Positions 1-8,500 of a DNA stretch of 35,614 nucleotides are shown here, piece by piece. This stretch comes from an uncultured Campylobacter sp. (GTDB taxonomy: Bacteria; Campylobacterota; Campylobacteria; Campylobacterales; Campylobacteraceae). The stretch covers positions 1 through 35,614 of the forward strand of contig CAUVFI010000001.1 of NCBI GenBank assembly GCA_963551055.1, read 5' to 3'. The notes beneath the pieces were generated by a model that worked only from the letters and a program-made list of their open reading frames with translations, did not search any database and was not told the DNA's origin. The translations under genes and the position numbers were made by a program. Within the stretch, counting starts at the first letter, position 1. Every line of letters starts with the position of its first letter.

Positions 1-31
1 CAAGATCCGCTACGATCGATAGTTCATGCAT
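1..31 (-). CDS. hypA: Hydrogenase nickel incorporation protein HypA, 5' end only (continues off the window)
   Basis: Reverse complement of 31..1 reads ATG CAT GAA CTA TCG ATC GTA GCG GAT CTT = MHELSIVADL, the HypA N-terminal MHE nickel-binding motif. GAGGAA RBS lies just upstream and the gene follows hypE. Not in the ORF track. Confidence 0.9.
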   Translation of the reverse strand, partial: MHELSIVADL

Positions 32-130
32 TTTTTCCTCTAAATTTTACGGCCGTGCCATATTGTATACGAAATTTTGTTGTAAATTTAAAAATACGTC
101 TGAAATTTAGGCTTAAATTTGCACGCAAAT

Positions 131-1315
131 TTAACAAATCCGCGGCAGCAGTTCGCCTTTCGGAAGCTCCAGAAATCGCTGCGAGCCGTAGGCATTTTGC
201 AAAATCACTCGCCCTTTTGCCGCATGCGGAGTTTGAAATTGCCCCGCCCTATTTTCTGACGCCGCGTCTATATCGTTTGCACCCGTAGATTCGTCCCAAG
301 CACCAAGTTTGGGTGCCAAAGAGCCCTTAAATTCGCCTTTGTCGTGCCCTACTTCGCGTACCTCGCCGATGATCGCGGCATTCGCGTCAAATTCGCGCAG
401 TATATCAAGCGCTCTATCCGCCTCGGCGTCATCTTCTACGATCGCTACGAAAGTTCCTTCGTTTGCAAGCTCATACGGCTCAAAGCCCAGTAGCTCGCAC
501 ACGCCCACTACTTCGTCGCTGATTTTAATATCCTCTTCGCGCACTAAAAATTCAAGCCCGCTAGAGCTTGCAAATTCGTTCAAAACCGCGCTGAGCCCGC
601 CGCGCGTCGCATCTCGCATCGCCTGGATTTTCACGCCTTGCAAGATCAGCTTTACGACCGCAGCGCAAAGCGGTTTGCAGTCGCTTTGTAGCTCGCTGCT
701 TAGCGCGATTTCGTCGCGCGCCGCGAGTATCACCGCCCCGTGCCGCCCGATGTCGCCGCTAAGCAGGATTTTTGCGCCCACTTTGATATTTTGCACGCGC
801 GCAGGTCGCAAAACACGGCCGATGCCGCTAGTGTTGATGAAAATTTTATCGCATTTGCCGCGCGGCACGACCTTCGTATCTCCGCAAACGATACGAACGC
901 CGCAGCTTCGCGCGGTGCTCGCCATCGAGTCCAGGATGCGTCGCAGCTCGCTTAAGCTAAGCCCCTCCTCGATGATGAGTGCGCAGCTTAAAAACAGCGG
1001 CTTGGCGCCCACCATCGCAAGGTCGTTGACGGTGCCGCAAACGGCGATCTTGCCGATGTCGCCGCCATTAAAAAATAGCGGTGTGACGACGAAACTATCG
1101 GTGCTGAAAGCCAGCTCGCCGCCGAAACTAGCCGCCGAATTCAAAGCAGAGTTCGCCGCGCGGTCAAAACCCGCCTCTGCGTTCAAATTTAGTATCGCGC
1201 TGTCGTTGTTGGCGCGCAAAATTTCATTATCAAACACCGCAAAGATCGTCTCGTTGATGAGCTTATTCATCTCTTCGCCGCCGCCGCCGTGGCTTAAAAG
1301 TATAGTTTCGTTCAA
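131..1315 (-). CDS. hypE: Hydrogenase maturation carbamoyl dehydratase HypE
   Basis: LSHGGGG, STDSFVVTPLFFNGGDIGKIAVCGTVNDLAM, GDTKVV, MRDATRGG and C-terminal LPRIC motifs. TTG start with AAGGA RBS. Two short non-family inserts. Confidence 0.98.
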   Translation of the reverse strand: MNETILLSHGGGGEEMNKLINETIFAVFDNEILRANNDSAILNLNAEAGFDRAANSALNSAASFGGELAFSTDSFVVTPLFFNGGDIGKIAVCGTVNDLAMVGAKPLFLSCALIIEEGLSLSELRRILDSMASTARSCGVRIVCGDTKVVPRGKCDKIFINTSGIGRVLRPARVQNIKVGAKILLSGDIGRHGAVILAARDEIALSSELQSDCKPLCAAVVKLILQGVKIQAMRDATRGGLSAVLNEFASSSGLEFLVREEDIKISDEVVGVCELLGFEPYELANEGTFVAIVEDDAEADRALDILREFDANAAIIGEVREVGHDKGEFKGSLAPKLGAWDESTGANDIDAASENRAGQFQTPHAAKGRVILQNAYGSQRFLELPKGELLPRIC

Positions 1316-1508
1316 ATTTTTCCTTTTTATTTGGTTTTAAATTCGGTTTTAAAATTTAAAGCCCGTATTTCGCAGCTGAACAAGCCGTGCCGCTACGGCG
1401 CCGCGTAAAATTTCAAATTAAATTTTAGCCCGATGTTTTCGATTCGGTTAAAATTTTAAAGCATGACTTGTTTTTAAAATTTACGCTCTGCGATACCGCG
1501 CGCAAAAT

Positions 1509-2606
1509 TTAGCCCGCGTTTTTGACGTCGCCGTATTTATAGTACGCCGCGCACGCCCCTTCGCTTGAGACCATGCACGATCCTATCGGGTTTTGCGGCG
1601 TGCAGTGCTTGCCGAAAACCTTGCAATCATAGGGGCTTTTTTTGCCGCGTAAAATTTCGCCGCAGATACAGGCCTTGCTCTCGGGAGCGCTCTGTACGCT
1701 GCAATCAAACTGCACCCTGGCATCCAGCGCCGCGTACTGCGGGCGCAACTTCATGCCGCTTTTTGGAATTTCGCCAAGCCCTCGCCACGGAAAATCGCAA
1801 ATTTCAAAATATTTATCTATTAAATTTTGCGCTTTTTGGTTGCCGCCCTCTTTTACGACGCGCTCGTATTCGTTGAAAACCTCGTAGGTGCCGGCGTTTT
1901 GCTGCTCCACCAAATTTAACACGCCCGCCATTATGTCAAGCGGCTCAAATCCGCTTACGGCGATCGGCTTTTTGTAATCGCGCGCGATGCCCTCGTAGGC
2001 CTTCGCGCCGGTGATCACGCTTACGTGGCTAGGCCCTAAAAACGCGTCTATCTGCACGTCGGCGTCGTCTAAGATCGCTCGCACGGGAGCGGGCACCGTG
2101 ACGTGGTTGATGTGAAAAAAGAGATTTTTTAGCCCCAAGCTTAGCGCTTTATCGATCAGCACGGCACTCATCGGCGTCGTCGTCTCAAAGCCGATCGCAA
2201 AAAATATCACCGTTTTTTGCGGATTTTCCTGCGCGATCTTTATGCAATCAAGCGGGCTATAAAGTGCTCTGATATCGTGCCCCTCGCTGCGCAGCTTCTG
2301 CAAGCTCGTACGAGAGCCGGGCACGCGCAGCATGTCTGCTAGAGTGCAAAAAATACTCTGCGGCATCGCGGCGAGCTTGATCGCCTCGTCGATGCGACTA
2401 CGCGGCATCACGCATACCGGACAACCGGGACCGTGGATAAATTTAATATTTTTGCCGACCAGGCTCGGAAGGCCGAATTTCATGATCGAGTGCGTGTGTC
2501 CGCCGCAAATCTCCATAATATTTAGCGGCTTTTTGCTTTTAGAAATTATCAGCTTGCTAAGCGCTAAAATCAGCTCTTTATCCCTAAAATCCTTGATTAG
2601 ATCCAT
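1509..2606 (-). CDS. hypD: Hydrogenase maturation factor HypD
   Basis: MEICGGHTH, GPGCPVC, GFETT, GPSHVS and CMVSSEGACAAYY motifs. Confidence 0.99.
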   Translation of the reverse strand: MDLIKDFRDKELILALSKLIISKSKKPLNIMEICGGHTHSIMKFGLPSLVGKNIKFIHGPGCPVCVMPRSRIDEAIKLAAMPQSIFCTLADMLRVPGSRTSLQKLRSEGHDIRALYSPLDCIKIAQENPQKTVIFFAIGFETTTPMSAVLIDKALSLGLKNLFFHINHVTVPAPVRAILDDADVQIDAFLGPSHVSVITGAKAYEGIARDYKKPIAVSGFEPLDIMAGVLNLVEQQNAGTYEVFNEYERVVKEGGNQKAQNLIDKYFEICDFPWRGLGEIPKSGMKLRPQYAALDARVQFDCSVQSAPESKACICGEILRGKKSPYDCKVFGKHCTPQNPIGSCMVSSEGACAAYYKYGDVKNAG

Positions 2607-2641
2607 TATTTACCTTAAATTTTACAGGTTTACAAGCAGTT

Positions 2642-2923
2642 TTAATTCTCTGTGCCGGCTCTCGGCTCTATGCTTTCATATACGGAGCCCTCTTCCGCCT
2701 TCATCTGCTTTGCGATCTGCTCGTAAATTTCGATACTCTCCTTCGCTCGCTGCGTATCGATCTTCTCCATCGCAAAGCCCACGTGGATCAGCACGTACTC
2801 CCCGACTTCCGCGGGCTCGGGAAGCAGATCCAAGCTCACGCCGCGGCGCACGCCCAGAGTCTCCACGGTCGCGAAATTATTTTCGTCGATCGAGATGATT
2901 TTTGAAGGGATTGAAAGACACAT
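2642..2923 (-). CDS. hypC: Hydrogenase assembly chaperone HypC
   Basis: MCLSIP N-terminus and YVLIHVGFAM. Start reassigned to ATG 2923, which overlaps the hypB stop (TAATG). Confidence 0.97.
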   Translation of the reverse strand: MCLSIPSKIISIDENNFATVETLGVRRGVSLDLLPEPAEVGEYVLIHVGFAMEKIDTQRAKESIEIYEQIAKQMKAEEGSVYESIEPRAGTEN

Positions 2924-3765
2924 TAACGAAATTCCTTCTTGTATTGTAGGAATTTCAGCCATTTCTCCACGCCCTCACCGCTTTTGCTATCAAGCGCGAT
3001 GACGTCGGCTTTCGGATTGAGTTTGTGCACTTCGCGCACCACCTCCTCCATATCGAAGTCAAAATGCGGTAGCAGCGCGGTTTTAGTGATTACGACGCAG
3101 TCTGCGCGACGAAATATCACCGGATATTTTGCGATTTTGTCGCTGCCCTCGGGCACGCTTAGAAGCACCACGTTCAGGTGCGCGCCCACGTCAAATGCCG
3201 CCGGGCAGACGAGATTTCCGACGTTTTCTATGAAAACCAGATCTAAATTTTTAGTATCGATATGATGAAGCCCCTCGTGAACCATAAAGGCGTCCAGATG
3301 GCAGGTCTCGCCGGTGCTGATCTGATGGGCCTGTGCGCCCGCTTTTATGATGCGATCGGCATCGCGGTTAGTCTCCAGGTCGCCCTCGATGACGCCGATT
3401 TTAAATTTGCCGCTTTTGATAGTCGCCTCAAGCAGCGTCGTCTTGCCGCTACCGGGGCTACTCATCAAATTTAAGCATAAAATTTTATCCTCGTCAAAAT
3501 GAGCTCTGTTGTGAGCGGCCTCTTCGTCGTTGGCGCTTAAAATTTTACTCATCACCTCGATCGTCTTGGCGTCGCTAATAGCGACATTTGCGTGGGCGTG
3601 ATCGTGCGCGTCGTGCTCGTGATCGATCCCCGCCTCGTGCATATGAGCGTGGGAGTGGGCGGTGCCGTCCGCGTGGGTGTGGACATGCTCGTGCGTCATA
3701 TCTGCGTGCGAATGGACGCCCGCTTCGTGAGTGTGACCGATGGAACAGCCGCAATCTTTACACAT
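2923..3765 (-). CDS. hypB: Hydrogenase nickel incorporation GTPase HypB with His-rich N-terminus
   Basis: MCKDCGC, His-rich linker, P-loop SSPGSGKTT, CHLDA, ENVGNLVCPA, EGSDK. Confidence 0.99.
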   Translation of the reverse strand: MCKDCGCSIGHTHEAGVHSHADMTHEHVHTHADGTAHSHAHMHEAGIDHEHDAHDHAHANVAISDAKTIEVMSKILSANDEEAAHNRAHFDEDKILCLNLMSSPGSGKTTLLEATIKSGKFKIGVIEGDLETNRDADRIIKAGAQAHQISTGETCHLDAFMVHEGLHHIDTKNLDLVFIENVGNLVCPAAFDVGAHLNVVLLSVPEGSDKIAKYPVIFRRADCVVITKTALLPHFDFDMEEVVREVHKLNPKADVIALDSKSGEGVEKWLKFLQYKKEFR

Positions 3766-3796
3766 TTTTTCTCCTTGGATAATAAATTTTGCGCGT

Positions 3797-3805
3797 AAAA
3801 TACCA
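3797..3805 (-). promoter_or_regulatory. Possible extended -10 element (TGgTATTTT) for hypBCDEA
   Basis: TG-n-TATTTT on the minus strand about 30 nt upstream of the hypB ATG; imperfect match to TATAAT. Confidence 0.3.
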
Positions 3806-4517
3806 CGTTTTTGCTTTAAATGGCGTAAATTTGATAAATTTTATATCAAGACGCGAAATTTTATGAAATTTAACGGGCTTGGAAATTTATGCGCTTCGGT
3901 TTTATCTAAATTTCATGCTTTATTTGCGAAGACTAGACGCAAATTTTAAAGCTCGCGAGTCAAAGCGCTGCTTTAAATTTAATCGCCTGCTCGCAGATTG
4001 CAGAGCCGCGCTGCAAATTTAGACGCCATGGCTATCAACGGCTCAAACAAACTAAAGACCGCCATAGATAGAATAGAAGCGCGAAATTCAGGGCTTGCGA
4101 GCGGATTTTATCCCGGTGCTCTACAATCTCGCGCGTGCTCTCCGGCGTGCCAAACATCAATGCGGCGACCATTTTAATATCAATTTTGCGCTAGCTCGGC
4201 TTTGCAAATGCGGCACGAAAGCGGTGCTTTATAAAATTTAGTCGCGAGCTGCAGCGCCGGTTTCGTGCTAGTGCAGTAAAATTTAGACTCGCGGCAAGAA
4301 TGCTTTTTGATTAAAATTTATAAAATTTTGCGCTTTCGTTTGCCGCGTAAATTTAAACAAATTTTATTTGCACGCCTTGCGCAGCCGCGCCGCCCGAATT
4401 CTCTACTCGATCGAGAATCGCGCTTCGTAACCTATAAAAATCGTGCAACCGCTGCGTTTAAATTTAAAAGCGCGTAAATTTAGCGCGACACGCTGTTTTT
4501 AAAAATGCGCAAAAGCC

Positions 4518-4949
4518 CTACGCTTCAGTGATGACCGCCTTTACGAGCTTGGAAAATTTCACCCCTTTTAGCGCGCCGATTTTGGCGCTGAGCCGCTCGA
4601 TCTTTGAAATTTTATCTCGCATCGTGATCTCCTCGAAACAGTGGCGCTCGTCGATGTGGAAGTGGCTGGTACTGATGATGGTGACATTTGCGTGGTGCTC
4701 GATCTCTACGAGCTGCTCGATCAGATCGCTTTGGTGATGATCATACGCGATGCAAAGCACGCCCACGCAGTCCTCGTCGCTATCTCCGTGAAGCACGCCC
4801 TCAACCATCTTTTCGCGGATCAGATCACGGATAAACTCGCTGCGGCTTAGGTATTGCTTGGCGCGCACCATCTCATCGAGATCCTCAAAAAGCTTCGTCG
4901 GCAGCGAAATGCTAAATCTTACGGTGCTCTCTTTTTCCTCTTTTTTCAT
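4518..4949 (-). CDS. nikR: Nickel-responsive transcriptional regulator NikR
   Basis: Ribbon-helix-helix N-terminus (RFSISLP...SRSEFIRDLIR), YDHH and HFHIDERHCFE nickel site. Start placed at ATG 4949 after AGGGGAG. Confidence 0.97.
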   Translation of the reverse strand: MKKEEKESTVRFSISLPTKLFEDLDEMVRAKQYLSRSEFIRDLIREKMVEGVLHGDSDEDCVGVLCIAYDHHQSDLIEQLVEIEHHANVTIISTSHFHIDERHCFEEITMRDKISKIERLSAKIGALKGVKFSKLVKAVITEA

Positions 4950-4980
4950 AGCTCCCCTCATTTCGCGTATTTTGAACGTA

Positions 4981-4988
4981 ATTTTACC
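4981..4988 (-). promoter_or_regulatory. Putative sigma-70 -10 element (ggTAAAAT) of nikR
   Basis: GGTAAAAT on the minus strand about 32 nt upstream of the nikR start; fits the Campylobacter gnTAnAAT consensus. Confidence 0.45.
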
Positions 4989-5252
4989 GAAATTCCGCTC
5001 AAATAGTAAGAATTTTGCGCTAATTTGGCTTATTCTTTAAAATTTAAAGCTCCAAAGCATCGTGCGTATTTTGAAATTTTGCTCGCGATTTCGCGTTGTA
5101 TTTTAGTGCTAGCGCGATGAAATTTACCGGTGCTACGTTATTAAAATTCTATTGCTATGCGCTCAAATTTTAAGAATCAGGCGCTAAATAGCGTCTTAGC
5201 TTGGGATTTATGCAGTATCTCGTCGCGCGCTGCGATGGAATTTTGCATCGGT

Positions 5253-5283
5253 TGCCATAGTGGTGCGCCGTGACGCTATGGCA
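5253..5283. repeat. Inverted repeat TGCCATAG...CTATGGCA in the hypF-nikR spacer
   Basis: Perfect 8-bp arms at 5253-5260 and 5276-5283. Confidence 0.55.
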
Positions 5284-5538
5284 GGAAACGGCGCGCCATT
5301 AAATTTTAAAATTTTAACGTTTCGGCTGCGACATATAAAGACAAGCAAGACGTAAATTTGTTCGCTGATTTTGCGATTTTAGAAAAGCTAGCCTCGGTGG
5401 ATTTTACCACCCGTAGCGTTAGAATTTACACAAAGCGCAGGCAGGGCGCAGAGCCATCAAATTTAGCGGCGAGATGAGACTAATAAATTTCATAAAGAGC
5501 GAGCTTAACGGCTATAATTACGTTTTTTGTGGACGAGC

Positions 5539-8500
5539 TTAGCGCGAAATTTCGCTTAGATACGCCGCGAGCTGTCCGTAGGCGATGCCGCTGTCGTTGC
5601 AAGGAACGGCGCGGTTTAGATGGAATTTTATCCCTCGCTCACGCAGTTTTTCGCATGTAAGATTTAGAAGCGTCGCGTTTTGAAAGACCCCGCCGCTTAG
5701 CACGACCTCTAGCCCGAAGTCCTCCGCAAACTCCGCGATGAAGTTCGCCAGGCCCTTGATAAATTTCGTCGCAGCCAAACGCGGCTCATCGTGCAAAGCC
5801 TGCAAAAACGCCTCTTCGTAATCAATCACGTAGCATTCGCCCTCAAGGCTCGGCGCGCAAGCTCTATTTTGCGGGGATTGATCGGCGTTAGAAGCGTCTT
5901 TGCTTTCAAGATTTATTAAATTTAGGACAGACGCTTGGTTTATAGAATTTACGGCGGAACTTTCATTCTTTTTGCCGCTGCCTTCAGCGATGTTTCGAGC
6001 CGCCCACTCAAGCTCATTTTTGCTCGCCATATCGCCCTCAAGCTTTTTAAAACCGCCTTGCAACGCGCAGCTATCTTTCACGCCGCTATGATTTTGCACA
6101 TTCAAACCGCTCTGCTCCGCTTTGCGCTCTGTTTCGTGCCGCAAATCATCGGTACCCCGCTGCTGCGAAGCGGAATACGGCGCGTTTTGGGTAAAATTTT
6201 CGCCCGCTTTTTGCAGCCTAAATTTATAGCTCTGCTCGCAGCCCTGGATATAGAGGTTTTCTAGCCGCATGCCCGCTTCGCCGTCGAAGCTGACGGCTCG
6301 CAGGTCGCAAATGACCGCAGCAAACGCATCGAACAGCCGCCCTAGCGAGCTTGAGCGGACGGCACGCGGCGCGATTTTTTCTAAATTTGCGACTTCGCTT
6401 ACGTTAAATTTTGCTAAAAACTCGTGCGCAGCGTCCTTTGCATTAAATTTAAATATGAGCGCGAGCGCAAGTTTGTAGATGTTTTTGATCGCATTCTCGC
6501 CGCCGATAAGCGCGATCTCGTCGAATTTTGCCACGCGATTAAAGCCGAACTCGTTAAAAATCATCACTTCGCCTCCCCAGATCGTGCCGTCCGTGCCGTA
6601 GCCGGTGCCGTCAAAGCAGAAGCCGAGGTATTTTTTGCCGCTAAAAAGAAGGTCGTTTTGCGCCAGATTCGATACCAGATGTGCAAAGTGGTGCTGATAG
6701 CGGATCACGGGGTATCCGCGCTGCTCGAAAAATCGCGTGTGCGAAAACTGCGGGTGCAGATCTGCGATGACGGCGTCAAACTTCAGCTCGTAGGCGCGCA
6801 CAAACATATCCAAAAGCGCGAAAAATCGCTCATTCGTGGCGACATTTTTAAGATCGCCGATATAGGGCGAGATGAAAATTTGCCCGTCTTTGTAGATCGC
6901 AAACTGATTTTTAAGCTCCGCTCCGAGCGCGAGAAAAGTACCTTTGAGATGGAATTTGCTAGGGAAAATTTTTGGATTCATTCCGCGAGATGTTCGTAAA
7001 AACAGCGCGCGATCTAAAGCGTCCGCTTCGGCGGAAAGATTTGTGTAGCTCGCTAAATTTGCAGTGCTTGCGGATTTTGCAGCATCTGCGAGATTTACAG
7101 CATTTGTGGAATTTGGGGCACTTGTGGAATTTGCTAAACCTGCGCCGCGGACGGATTTCGTTTCGCAAACAGGTTTCGCTTCGGCGACAGAATTTGCATC
7201 GTTCTGGTTTTTTTGAGGCGCTGAATTTATGGCGTTGGAGTTGTTTTTGGAAGTAAAATTTACGACGTCGCAACTTGTATCCGTATCGGAAGGTCTTTGC
7301 GAGCTCTCAAAATTTAGCCCGTCCGTGGAATTTCCATTAAAATTTTGCGGTGCGATAAGGGTTCGTACGGTCGCAGAATTCTGTGTTAGAATGGAATTTT
7401 GCGCAGAGTTTTCCGTCTGGGTACAGATCGGAAGCGACGCGGAAATTTTACCAGAGCTATGAGCCGTTTTTGAACCGGGCGCCGAAGCTCGCGTTTCAAA
7501 CGGCGGTAAAAAGGCGATACTATCGTCGCTCGGCGTTAAAATTTCGCGGTCGTTATCCAGGTAAAACGAGATGACGCCGCCCAGCTTCGCGCGCAACTCC
7601 TCGCTACTAAAAATAATGGGCTCGCCACTTATATTGGCGCTTGTGGCTACGATCGGGCGATCAAAGTATTCAAAAAGCAGCAGATGCACGCCGGTATTTG
7701 CGAGAAAAATGCCGATTTTATTAAGGTTCGGCGCCACGCTTGGAGCGATAAAAATCGCACCCGCCTTAAAAATCGCCGAAAAGCTTGCGGGCAAACGCAC
7801 GAAATCGCTGCTGCTATCGGAATGGGCGCCGCACGCGTCCGCCGTGCACGCCTGTGCAGAGCATGAACCTTGCAAATTTATCGTCTGTTGCGGACTCGGC
7901 TCGCTCACCGAGCGCTGCAAATCCGCCTTATTTGCAGCATTTTGCAAGTCCTGCTCACACGCCCCACATCGCGAATTCGTCCTATCCGCGGCATATTGCA
8001 AACTTGAAGTATTCACAGAGCTTCGCGAAACGGGCTCGTTCGTCGCAAGCCAAGAATCAGATATCTTCGTTGAGAGTTGTAAATTTTGCTCGTCCGCATG
8101 CCAAGAATCGAGCGATACGTATTGCAGTTCTCTGCCATTTGCCGCAAATTGCGATTTTAGCTCGTTAGTCGTAGCTTGCGCCTCGCTTACTGCTTGCGGC
8201 GAGTTCAAATTTTTAGCCACGCACTGCAAATCAGACCCATCGTATGCGCGCTCTAGCTCGTTTACTGCACACTGCGAGTCGTCTGCTGCTAACATATCGC
8301 AGGCGAAATTACGGTGCGCCGTTTTGCTGAAAATTTGCGCACTCTGTAATATCCCCTGCTCCGCGCAATTTTCAGCGCTTTGCGTACTAAAATTTTTCTC
8401 TACAGAATTTCGTAAATTTTGTAGCTCAGAGCCTTGCCCTTGCGCCGTCTCTTCTTGCTCGCTCGTAAATCTCGGCGATATAGGATTTTTGCTTTGCGCC

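Noticed and set aside
309..1340. 343-aa plus-strand ORF opposite hypE
   Set aside because: Antisense shadow of a well-supported gene; Ser/Pro-rich with no motifs.
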